The translations under genes and the position numbers were made by a program. Under the pieces are notes generated by a model. The model searched no databases. It was given only the letters and a program-made list of their open reading frames with translations, and was not told the DNA's origin. From positions 226 to 64,225 of the forward strand of contig CALRPI020000022.1 in NCBI GenBank assembly GCA_943370025.1: a stretch of 64,000 nucleotides of DNA, read 5' to 3'. The number at the start of each line of letters is the position of its first letter. Positions within the stretch are counted from its first letter, which is position 1. Positions 49,705-59,167 of this stretch are shown here, piece after piece. This stretch comes from Phormidium lacuna HE10JO (lineage in GTDB: Bacteria > Cyanobacteriota > Cyanobacteriia > Cyanobacteriales > JAAUUE01).

Positions 49705-50673
49705 ATGAGAATTAATGTGATTAAGCAGCGCAATCTCTGGTGGATTATCTCTTCGGTAGTTATTCTTAGTGGGATTGTCTCGATGATTATTTCTTGGACT
49801 CGCCCTGATATTGGTGCGCCCCTGAGACCGGGCTTAGATTTTATTGGTGGCACAAAATTACAGGTAGAACTAGACTGCTCTGTAGCCAAAAACTGCGATC
49901 GCCCCATTAACCTTAATGTTGTTCGTCAGTTGATGGAAGACCAAGGACTAGGCGGCAGCACAATTCAAATTATTGGAGACAAGCAACAGGGTTTAACGAT
50001 TAGAGCCAAGACTCTGGATGTGGAGCAACGGAACAAGCTCCAAGCAGCCCTAAAAGAAAAACTGGGGACTTTTGACCCAAAATCTACCCAAATTTCCACC
50101 GTGGGTCCCACTTTAGGTAAGCAGATTTTCATTGCTGGAGCTTTAGCGATTATTGTTTCCTTTGCGGGAATTTTGATTTATTTAACGATCCGGTTCCAGT
50201 TTGACTATGCCTTCTTTGCCTTTGTGGCACTGTTCCATGATGTGTTTATTACCGTGGGGATTTTCTCCATGCTAGGGTTGGCTTTTGGCATTGAGGTAGA
50301 TAGCTTATTTGTGGTGGCAATTCTGACGATTATTGGTTTCTCGGTCAATGATACGGTGGTGATCTATGATCGCGTCCGGGAGGTGCTGAGCCTCAACCCT
50401 GATGACCCGATTGGCCAGATAGTTGATGATGCAGTGAATCAGACCCTGAGTCGATCGATCAATACCACCTTCACCACCATGCTCCCTCTGTTTGCCATTT
50501 ATCTTTTTGGCGGCGAAACCCTAAAGAACTTTGCCTTAGCATTGATCATTGGCTTTATCGCTGGGGCTTATTCCAGTATTTTCATTGCCAGCACGCTCCT
50601 CGCTTGGTGGCGAGAAAGTCACCCGGTGGAAGCACCCAAGCCCAAGGTAGTTAAACCTTCTGAGCAGGTATAA
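49705..50673 (+). CDS. secF: Protein translocase subunit SecF
   Basis: [11 protein letters not shown], and TM helices with [18 protein letters not shown]. The ATG at 49705 is preferred over the GTG at 49693. Confidence 0.9.
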   Translation: MRINVIKQRNLWWIISSVVILSGIVSMIISWTRPDIGAPLRPGLDFIGGTKLQVELDCSVAKNCDRPINLNVVRQLMEDQGLGGSTIQIIGDKQQGLTIRAKTLDVEQRNKLQAALKEKLGTFDPKSTQISTVGPTLGKQIFIAGALAIIVSFAGILIYLTIRFQFDYAFFAFVALFHDVFITVGIFSMLGLAFGIEVDSLFVVAILTIIGFSVNDTVVIYDRVREVLSLNPDDPIGQIVDDAVNQTLSRSINTTFTTMLPLFAIYLFGGETLKNFALALIIGFIAGAYSSIFIASTLLAWWRESHPVEAPKPKVVKPSEQV

Positions 50674-50699
50674 GATGATCCCACTAGAGGGAAATTGTT

Positions 50700-51119
50700 A
50701 TGGATGAGCCACAGGATTTTTTGGGGAGTAGGGGTAAGTCTGATCTGGAGGCAAGTCTTGATCCCCAACTGGTCAACCAGATGCAAAAGCTACATCAATT
50801 AACTGTCTATGGTCGATGGTTTTTTGTCATATTCCTGTGGTTGTCGATCGCTCCTTGGAGTTTATGGAAACTGCGCGCAGAGATTGCCCTAGGGCAAGAT
50901 TATTTTACTTGGGTCTTGGTGCGGTACACGATCGTCTATAATCGCCTGCCTATTTTTGCCCTAGGCTTTTGTGTGGCGATGACTACAGCGGTGCTCGTCT
51001 GGCAGAGCCGGAATATTTTATTTGGACTCCCCAAGACGGAAAAACAGCGTCTTCTGCAACAGGTAATAAAAATCTCCCAGCAGGGAAAGTCTCATCCCCT
51101 CTGGAAGTTTATTCAGTAG
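50700..51119 (+). CDS. Hypothetical membrane protein
   Basis: 139 aa with two hydrophobic helices (WFFVIFLWLSIAPW and IFALGFCVAMTTAVLVW). Confidence 0.5.
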   Translation: MDEPQDFLGSRGKSDLEASLDPQLVNQMQKLHQLTVYGRWFFVIFLWLSIAPWSLWKLRAEIALGQDYFTWVLVRYTIVYNRLPIFALGFCVAMTTAVLVWQSRNILFGLPKTEKQRLLQQVIKISQQGKSHPLWKFIQ

Positions 51120-51273
51120 CGATCGTCCCTAATCTCACCACGTCACAAATCACTGCGAATATTAGCTAGAATGTTGTAGTGCCACAATTGATAGGCGATC
51201 GCTCAAATTAATAAGCGCAAATGATTATATTACAGACAATTTGCAAGAATATACTAACTTAGACTCTGAGTAT

Positions 51274-51501
51274 ATGAATATCAAGCTAGATTTGCCCAAT
51301 CTATTAGAGCAAGAGTTATCTTTGGAAGCTACAAGGCTAAATGTATCTCTTTCTGATTATATTCTCAAGGTGTTGATGCTGAGACGAGATTGGTTAGAGG
51401 AAGTGGAAGAGGCTGAAGACTTGGCAGATGCTAAAATTGCTTTACTGGAAGATGGCTTTATCCCTTTGACAGATGTTAAAAGGGAATTAGGAATTAGCTA
51501 G
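51274..51501 (+). CDS. Type II antitoxin (partner of the RelE/ParE toxin)
   Basis: Ends 1 nt before the toxin start codon. The acidic C-terminal half is typical of antitoxins. The ATG at 51274 is preferred over the TTG at 51241. Confidence 0.65.
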   Translation: MNIKLDLPNLLEQELSLEATRLNVSLSDYILKVLMLRRDWLEEVEEAEDLADAKIALLEDGFIPLTDVKRELGIS

Positions 51502-51762
51502 ATGTCATACGAAGTTGGGTTTAAGCCTTCTGCTTTGCGAGAAGTTCGGAAATTGGATGAGGTTACACGCAAGGCTATTATTTCAGAAGTTGAGTTGCTT
51601 GCTGATAATCCGCGTCCTGATGGTTGTAAGAAGCTAAAGGGAGAGAGTAATTTATATAGGATTCGGGTTTTAGGTAATTATCGTGTTGTTTATGAAATAC
51701 AGGATCGGCGGTTGATTGTTACTGTTGTTAAGGTTGGTCATCGGCGAGATGTGTATAAGTAG
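51502..51762 (+). CDS. RelE/ParE-family type II toxin
   Basis: 86 aa. LADNPRPDGCKKLKGESNLYRIRVLGNYRVVYEIQDRRLIVTVVKVGHRRDVY is the classical RelE/ParE core. Confidence 0.85.
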   Translation: MSYEVGFKPSALREVRKLDEVTRKAIISEVELLADNPRPDGCKKLKGESNLYRIRVLGNYRVVYEIQDRRLIVTVVKVGHRRDVYK

Positions 51763-51843
51763 CGATCGCCTCTAATCTCGAAAAGCTAATAATTTCTCAT
51801 ATCTCTTCTTGAATTTATTTGATTTGCAAATAACTTGATCTTG

Positions 51844-52848
51844 TTATGCTACAGACTGAGATTTTATCCTAGATGTTTGAGGCTTTCTTGTGTGATTTTT
51901 CCAATCTTCTACTGTTTTTCTGAATAGCCAACAATCTAAGGAAGTATCATCTACAAAGCCACGCAGTTCTGGATCAATCCAAATATGCAAAAGATCATTG
52001 CAGCCTATATTTTTAGCTGCTTGTTCAATATCTTGCCATTGTTGGATAAAGTTTTCCGCCCAAGATTTCTTATTGGTTACAGAGCGAACAAACTCTAGCC
52101 CTGCTTCGATCATTCTTTTTCCATTTGTACCACGAGCATTTATTGGTTCCCAGAAAATGACTTCAGGTTCAAATTTCATCACCTCCTGTAACAAATTTTG
52201 AAAATCTTGTAATTGCATTGTTGGTGGGGTGGGGGCGATCGCCACATATAACTTTATTCCCGCTTCATATCCCTTCATCATGGATTTGTAACGGTCAGAT
52301 GGAAGGGGAGCTGCGGGTTCAATTTTACGGCTAAGTTCATCATCAAGCATGGGCAAACTCATACCAACAGTTACATTAGGCGATCGCAAAATGTCTATAT
52401 CATTTATCCATAGAGGGCTACGAGTCAAAATCCGTACTCTTTTGTCATATTTGAGTAATACTTCGACAACTTGCCGAGTGATTGTTGCGGTTCGATGATT
52501 TTGGTAAGGGTCGGTTCCAGAACAGAGCATGACGACTCCTTGCCCTGATTCTGTCGTTTTCCAAGTTCTTTTACGACTAAGAGTTTCTTCTAGTTGTTCG
52601 GCAATACCTTCACGGACAAAGAGATATTTCCCCCAGTCCATTTGGGGATTATCAACGCCCTTGAGTGATAGCTGTGCTTGTCTGGTTCTGATCACTGGGG
52701 TTGAGGGGACATAACAAAATGTGCATCCATGCAAACAACCAGAAGCAACGTTAATCACGTAGTCACATAGTCCTTTTTTTCTTAGTGCGCTTTCCTGTAG
52801 AGGACTAGCGACAGTTTCAGTGCCTCTTACAGTATCCATAAAAAACAA
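51844..52848 (-). CDS. Radical SAM enzyme, SplB/COG1533-like (DNA-repair-photolyase-type fold)
   Basis: 334 aa. The CxxxCxxC cluster in INVASGCLHGCTFCYVPS lies near the N-terminus, followed by CSGTDPYQ, as in COG1533-type radical SAM proteins. Confidence 0.75.
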   Translation of the reverse strand: MFFMDTVRGTETVASPLQESALRKKGLCDYVINVASGCLHGCTFCYVPSTPVIRTRQAQLSLKGVDNPQMDWGKYLFVREGIAEQLEETLSRKRTWKTTESGQGVVMLCSGTDPYQNHRTATITRQVVEVLLKYDKRVRILTRSPLWINDIDILRSPNVTVGMSLPMLDDELSRKIEPAAPLPSDRYKSMMKGYEAGIKLYVAIAPTPPTMQLQDFQNLLQEVMKFEPEVIFWEPINARGTNGKRMIEAGLEFVRSVTNKKSWAENFIQQWQDIEQAAKNIGCNDLLHIWIDPELRGFVDDTSLDCWLFRKTVEDWKNHTRKPQTSRIKSQSVA

Positions 52849-52869
52849 ACCTTAGATATTTGAAAGTTG

Positions 52870-52923
52870 TAGAAAAAACTTTAATATGACTGTATAGTAC
52901 ACTATAGTACACTAGAAAAAACT
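52870..52923. promoter_or_regulatory. Direct repeats in a divergent promoter region: TAGAAAAAACT (x2, 43 bp apart) flanking TATAGTACAC (x2, tandem)
   Basis: tagaaaaaact at 52870-52880 and 52913-52923. tatagtacac at 52893-52902 and 52903-52912. Lies between the radical SAM and TcmP-like genes. Confidence 0.4.
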
Positions 52924-52949
52924 ATGTTGACAATGTTGGGGAAGTAAAA

Positions 52950-54209
52950 ATGTCAGAAAATAAGACTTTTTGGAACTCTGATGGAAGTCATCTGCCAGAG
53001 GTAGAACCCCATACAAAAGCTAAACATAGATTGGTTGAAGAATATATCCAGAATTGGATTGTGACGCTTTGCGGCAATAACATCGGTAAGCGTAAAAAAG
53101 TCATGATCATAGATGGCTTTTGTGGTGGCGGTATGTACCGTGATCCTGAAAATGGGGAAATGTGGGCTGGTTCTCCAATACGAATTATTCAAGCAGTCGA
53201 AAAGGGATTAGAACGAGTCAAGAGAGAGAAATCCAAGCCAGATTATAGCCTGCAAGCGAAATACATTTTTATTGATTCCAATAAAGATCACTTAGAATCT
53301 CTTAAGGTTCACATGAGAGGTAACGGATTAGATAGCTATTTAAATGATCCTGAGAAGTGTGAATTAATTCATGGCAAATTTGATCAAAAATTAGACCTTA
53401 TCCTGTTGGAAGCAAAAAAATCAAAATGTTCATCATTTTTCCTCTTAGATCCATTTGGTTATACTGATGTGTCCATGCAAAATATGAGAGATATTATTGA
53501 TCTCAAAAAATCAGAAATACTCTATACATTCATGATTGAATTTGTAACTCGATTTCTTAAGGAAAGAGATGGCAAGCTCAAGAAGGCTTTTGAAAAAGTT
53601 TTAGAGGCTGATAGTTACTACGAAATAGAGACTAAATTTAATAGCACGCCCGCTCAACAAGAATGGTTAAAAAATCAAACTCTGAATCTATTTCGCAAAA
53701 GGACAAATGCTGATTTTGTGTACGGATTTTCTCTGCTACATAATCAATCGCTAGTTAAATATTATTTGATACATTTAGCAAGTAGGGTTGTAGCTCAAAG
53801 AGTCATGAAGTCAGCAATGTGGGTAGAAAATAATTTAGATTTTTTATGTAGACATCATGATCAGGTTTATGGAATGGGACATAAAAGTATCTATTACTAT
53901 GAAGACCAAAATTTTCCTCGTCTTTTTGATGTTAAACACACAAATACTCAATCTTGCATAGAGAAGTTAGATGAAGACCTAATGCCATTGATATATAGTG
54001 GAGAAGGGGTTCAATTTTCTGATCTTGAGCTTCAAACAATACAAAGAAATCCAGCCACTATTAGACATTATGCTGAATTTGTTAATCAACAAAGAGATGC
54101 TAAAGAACTTGAAGTTATAAGAGATGGAAAAATCACAACCTCTAAACAAGTTAAACCAACTGATATTATCTTGAGGGCTAAATACAAGCAGACCAAATTA
54201 TTTATATGA
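52950..54209 (+). CDS. TcmP-like (three-Cys-motif partner protein family) Rossmann-type protein
   Basis: 419 aa. Ordered motifs HTKAKHRLVEEYIQNW, IIDGFCGGGMYRD, GSPIRI, FIDSNKDHLESL and FFLLDPFGY match my recollection of TIGR04474 TcmP. AT-rich, with no HIP1 sites. Confidence 0.55.
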   Translation: MSENKTFWNSDGSHLPEVEPHTKAKHRLVEEYIQNWIVTLCGNNIGKRKKVMIIDGFCGGGMYRDPENGEMWAGSPIRIIQAVEKGLERVKREKSKPDYSLQAKYIFIDSNKDHLESLKVHMRGNGLDSYLNDPEKCELIHGKFDQKLDLILLEAKKSKCSSFFLLDPFGYTDVSMQNMRDIIDLKKSEILYTFMIEFVTRFLKERDGKLKKAFEKVLEADSYYEIETKFNSTPAQQEWLKNQTLNLFRKRTNADFVYGFSLLHNQSLVKYYLIHLASRVVAQRVMKSAMWVENNLDFLCRHHDQVYGMGHKSIYYYEDQNFPRLFDVKHTNTQSCIEKLDEDLMPLIYSGEGVQFSDLELQTIQRNPATIRHYAEFVNQQRDAKELEVIRDGKITTSKQVKPTDIILRAKYKQTKLFI

Positions 54210-54432
54210 ATTTTATTATGATTTGAATATCAAATAACATACTACGTTCTAACAAAAAAATCTTGAAATACTAGGATTAATATCAATGTCGTATAGCGAA
54301 TTTAAGACATCGCTCAAGTACAGAAAAAATTTGGCTTGACGGTGAAAACAAGTTGTAATAACTATAGTCTAACCCTAAGATAAAGCTTATTGGACTGTAT
54401 TTATTTATGGGCTATTTTCTTGACCCCACAAC

Positions 54433-55380
<948 letters not shown>

Positions 55381-55381
55381 T

Positions 55382-55524
55382 CAGTTACCAGTTATCAGTT
55401 ATCAGTTATCAATTACTTGTGCTGAGCGAAGTCGAAGCATCAGTTACTTGTGCTGAGCGAAGTCGAAGCATCAGTTACTTGTACTGAGGAGTTCGACAGG
55501 CTCACTGTAAGACTTGTCGAAGCA
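55382..55524. repeat. Short tandem repeats: (CAGTTAY) x5, then 31-nt units CAGTTACTTGTGCTGAGCGAAGTCGAAGCAT (two clean, one interrupted)
   Basis: Read directly from the sequence. Fills most of the gmd-fcl intergenic spacer. Confidence 0.85.
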
Positions 55525-55624
55525 TCAGTTACCAATCATTTTATCAATTCAATTATCAATTCAGTTATCAGTAAACAGTTATAAAATTTTGCCGATAACT
55601 GTTCACTGATAGCTGTTCACTGTC

Positions 55625-56689
55625 CTAGTCTACAGTTCCCATATCCTGACGGATAAACGCATTATCCTCTTGAGAATTTCCAGCCGGGGGTAATCCCAGA
55701 GCTTTTAGGTCTGAATCTACCATCAAATGAACTAGCTGTTCAAAGGTGACGGAAGGTTCCCAACCCAGCTTGGCTTTTGCTTTGGAAGGATCTCCGATGA
55801 GCAAATCTACTTCTGCTGGACGGAGGTAGCGGGGGTCAAACTCGACATAATCTTCCCATTTGAGGCTGGCATACTCAAAGGCAATATCTAAAAACTTCTT
55901 GATCGAATAGGTTTCCCCTGTTGCCACCACGTAATCATCTGGCTCATCCTGCTGGAGCATTAACCACATAGCTTTGACGTAATCCTTGGCATAGCCCCAA
56001 TCTCTTTGGGAATCAAGATTACCGAGGAAAAGTTTCTTCTGTTTGCCAGCCACAATCCGAGCGATCGCCCTAGTAATCTTCCGAGTCACAAAGGTTTCAC
56101 CCCGGCGAGGGCTTTCGTGGTTAAACAAAATTCCATTGCAGGCAAATAAGCCGTAGGACTCACGATAATTAACGGTTTGCCAATGAGCATAAACCTTAGC
56201 GCAAGAATAGGGGCTACGGGGATAAAAAGGGGTGGTTTCCTTTTGGGGAACTTCCATTACCTTGCCAAACATTTCCGAGGAGCCAGCTTGATAGAACCTG
56301 ACTTCAATTCCCGTTCTTTGTTGGTAGTCTCGCACAGCTTCTAGGAGCCGGAGATTGCCCATAGCCACAGTGTCTACTGTGTATTCGGGGGAGTCAAAAC
56401 TAACCCGAACATGGGATTGCGCTCCTAGGTTATAAATCTCTACAGGCTTTACTTCCTCAAGAATTCGGCGCAGGGTCGTGCCATCAGTTAAATCTCCATA
56501 GTGGAGTCGTAACTTAGGGGCTTCGTTATGGGGGTCTTCGTAAATATGGTCAATCCGGTCAGTATTAAAAGTAGAAGTCCGGCGAATAATGCCATGAACT
56601 TCATAACCTTTTTCTAGCAACAGCTCTGCTAGATAAGAACCATCTTGACCTGTAATACCAGTAATTAGCGATCGCTTACGTTCCGTCAT
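55625..56689 (-). CDS. gmd: GDP-mannose 4,6-dehydratase
   Basis: 354 aa. [40 protein letters not shown] and [17 protein letters not shown] are Gmd hallmarks. Confidence 0.95.
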   Translation of the reverse strand: MTERKRSLITGITGQDGSYLAELLLEKGYEVHGIIRRTSTFNTDRIDHIYEDPHNEAPKLRLHYGDLTDGTTLRRILEEVKPVEIYNLGAQSHVRVSFDSPEYTVDTVAMGNLRLLEAVRDYQQRTGIEVRFYQAGSSEMFGKVMEVPQKETTPFYPRSPYSCAKVYAHWQTVNYRESYGLFACNGILFNHESPRRGETFVTRKITRAIARIVAGKQKKLFLGNLDSQRDWGYAKDYVKAMWLMLQQDEPDDYVVATGETYSIKKFLDIAFEYASLKWEDYVEFDPRYLRPAEVDLLIGDPSKAKAKLGWEPSVTFEQLVHLMVDSDLKALGLPPAGNSQEDNAFIRQDMGTVD

Positions 56690-56853
56690 TGCTTATATTG
56701 TTCCTAGGAGAAACTAGGCAGCCTACCATATTGAGCAGCCTAGAGTTTGTTTTAGCACGCCATACACCCCCCAGTACTAGCCGAGGGGGTATGATTATTT
56801 ATCCCCAAGTTAGCTTAAAGTTTTCCAATCGTCACCTATTTCAGAATGTTTAC

Positions 56854-57582
56854 TTAGTAAGCACCATTATTCTTGGTAAATAAAACTACACCAACTGTTT
56901 TGACAATCAGGAGTAAGTCTAACCAAAAATTTTGACTATTGACATAGTAGACATCGATCTGGACACGGCGAGGATAGGGAATATTATTACGCCCTGAAAC
57001 TTGCCACAAGCCCGTAATACCGGGACGAATTGTCAGTACCTTATCAATATGTTGACCGTACTTGGGCAATTCTTCCGGAACCAAGGGGCGTGGACCAACC
57101 ACACTCATATCTCCCATTAACACATTCCAGAATTGGGGAAACTCGTCGAGGCTGGTTACTCGCAAGAATCTACCAATCCATGTAATCCGTGGATCATGAC
57201 GCAGCTTAAAATTATCTTCAAACTCCGTTCGCAGTTGAGGGGAGGTGGCAATTAAGTCCTCCAAAACCTCATCTGCATTTTCTACCATTGTCCTGAATTT
57301 GATACAGCCGAAATGCTTGTGATCTTTACCAACTCGTTCTTGGATATAGAATACAGACCCAGGAGAACTTATAGCTATGAGCAACGCCAGTATTAGGTAC
57401 ACTGGCGAAAAGAACACTAGCACTGATAAAGAAAACAAAACATCAAACAGCCGTTTGACAGATTCTCCGTCTAGACGTTGGCGAGTCAAAGCGGTTTTCT
57501 TGCCTCTGGTGAGGGGTTGAAATCCTAATTTGACAAATGCCCGAAGTATCCTGACGGAGGTAAGTTGGCTTTCGGCAGTCAT
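56854..57582 (-). CDS. Polyprenyl-phosphate sugar phosphotransferase (bacterial sugar transferase family)
   Basis: 242 aa. KRLFDVLFSLSVLVFFSPV, DEFPQFWNVLMGDMSVVGPRP and GITGLWQVSGR. Confidence 0.88.
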   Translation of the reverse strand: MTAESQLTSVRILRAFVKLGFQPLTRGKKTALTRQRLDGESVKRLFDVLFSLSVLVFFSPVYLILALLIAISSPGSVFYIQERVGKDHKHFGCIKFRTMVENADEVLEDLIATSPQLRTEFEDNFKLRHDPRITWIGRFLRVTSLDEFPQFWNVLMGDMSVVGPRPLVPEELPKYGQHIDKVLTIRPGITGLWQVSGRNNIPYPRRVQIDVYYVNSQNFWLDLLLIVKTVGVVLFTKNNGAY

Positions 57583-57648
57583 CTTACTCCTTCACTTCAC
57601 ACCACACAGTCCCGATCATAAATCACTTGTGTCTCTTACTCATGGGAT

Positions 57649-58812
57649 TTATGACCAAAAAGCAAGATTTTTTTTTGAGCCCCCAGACTTGAAATCTAGA
57701 TGACAGTCTTCTAAGAACGCTAGATAGCGACTTTCAAAGATTTTTGGAGCAAAATTGGCAGCGTGCGATCGCGCAAGTTCTGGTTGGAACTTTTTTCCCT
57801 CTGCTTCAAAAATTTTTACTGCTTCTATTAAACCTGTTTCGGTGGGACTGTCAAATAATAACCCAGTAGCTGCCTTGGGAGACTGGCGCAAGTCTTGGAT
57901 AGTTTCCAACGCCCCACCTGCCCCATAGGCAATTACAGGAGTACCACAAGCTTGAGCCTCAACTAGAGCAATACCAAAGTCTTCCACAGCCGCATAAACA
58001 AATGCTTTTGCTCGACTCATGTATTTTTCTACCACAGCATCCGATTGATACCCCATGAGCCTAACATTAGGTTGAGCAATTTGTTGCAATTGTTTTAATT
58101 CTGGTCCGCTACCAATGATGATCAGATTGCGTCCTAATTTGTTAAAGGCTTTGACTATCAAGGATACTCGCTTATAGCTAACCAATCGGGAAACTACTAA
58201 ATAAAAGTCTTCTTTTTCGGATTGGAAAGGGAAGCGATCGATTTCTACAGGGGGATAAATAACTTTAGCAGGGCGACGGTAACAGCGCCAGATTCTCCGG
58301 GCAGTATGGTGGGAATTGGCAATAAAATAATCAACTCGATTGGCACTAATCACATCCCACTGCCGGAGGTGGTGGAGTAGGTATCGGGTAAAAACACCGG
58401 GAATACCCCTTCCCAAACGGCTGCTGTGGAGATAATCGAAGGTCAAGTCCCAAATATAGCGCATGGGGGTGTGGCAGTAGCACAGGTGCATTTGCTGGGG
58501 GCTGGTGAGGATACCCTTGGCTACCGCGTGAGAAGAAGAAAGAATCGTGTCGTAATCTCGTAGATCTAGTTGCTCGATCGCTAAGGGCAAAAATGGCAGG
58601 TATTTCTGAACTCCATTCTTCGCACCGGGGAAGTTTTGCAGGAAAGTATGGCCAATAGAGCGACCATAGAGATAGCTGTGGGGATTACTAGACTCAAAGT
58701 CAATTAGGGCATAGACATCCGCCGGAATATGTTTGAGAATTTCTTTAACTACTAATTCTGAGCCACCAGTAGCTTTGGGGGTCAACCACTCGTGAACCAG
58801 GGCATATTTCAT
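57649..58812 (-). CDS. Family 4 glycosyltransferase
   Basis: 387 aa. GT-B fold with EDFGIALVEAQACGTPVIA (E-x7-E-like motif). Confidence 0.85.
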   Translation of the reverse strand: MKYALVHEWLTPKATGGSELVVKEILKHIPADVYALIDFESSNPHSYLYGRSIGHTFLQNFPGAKNGVQKYLPFLPLAIEQLDLRDYDTILSSSHAVAKGILTSPQQMHLCYCHTPMRYIWDLTFDYLHSSRLGRGIPGVFTRYLLHHLRQWDVISANRVDYFIANSHHTARRIWRCYRRPAKVIYPPVEIDRFPFQSEKEDFYLVVSRLVSYKRVSLIVKAFNKLGRNLIIIGSGPELKQLQQIAQPNVRLMGYQSDAVVEKYMSRAKAFVYAAVEDFGIALVEAQACGTPVIAYGAGGALETIQDLRQSPKAATGLLFDSPTETGLIEAVKIFEAEGKKFQPELARSHAANFAPKIFESRYLAFLEDCHLDFKSGGSKKNLAFWS

Positions 58813-58968
58813 AATATTGGTGTGATTGTGATCTGTAGTGCAATTTTTCCTCAGGAAAGATGACTACAATTCTATATTGACTGATCTATATTGACTGAAT
58901 AATGGCTAAACTAGACTAACTTGGTTTGGTATCTGGGGTTCCTAAGATCATTATTCACTACCGCACCT

Positions 58969-59062
58969 AGCGTTCAAATGAGGCACGCCACAAATATTGA
59001 AAGTCTTGTCAATGCTGGGTTTGAGAGTGGATGGCTATAGCCACCCACTCTCAAACTGCTGT
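58969..59062 (-). repeat. About 100-bp repeat, copy 2 (inverted orientation)
   Basis: The reverse complement reads cagcagtttgagagtgggtggctatagccatccactctcaaacccagcattgacaagactttcaatatttgtggcgtgcctcatttgaacgc. Compare 15001-15095. Confidence 0.75.
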
Positions 59063-59167
59063 AAATCTAATTGTTTCTGGCAAATGATTTTACTCGACTT
59101 CCGTGGGGGAAATCCTTGAGGAAAGCTGTCCATTAAATTAAGAAACTATTCTATTGCTATTTATCCC

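Noticed and set aside
52926-52931. Perfect TTGACA -35 box upstream of the TcmP-like gene.
   Set aside because: It lies only 18 nt from the ATG and has no correctly spaced -10 element. It cannot serve the annotated start unless the transcript is leaderless from an unseen -10.
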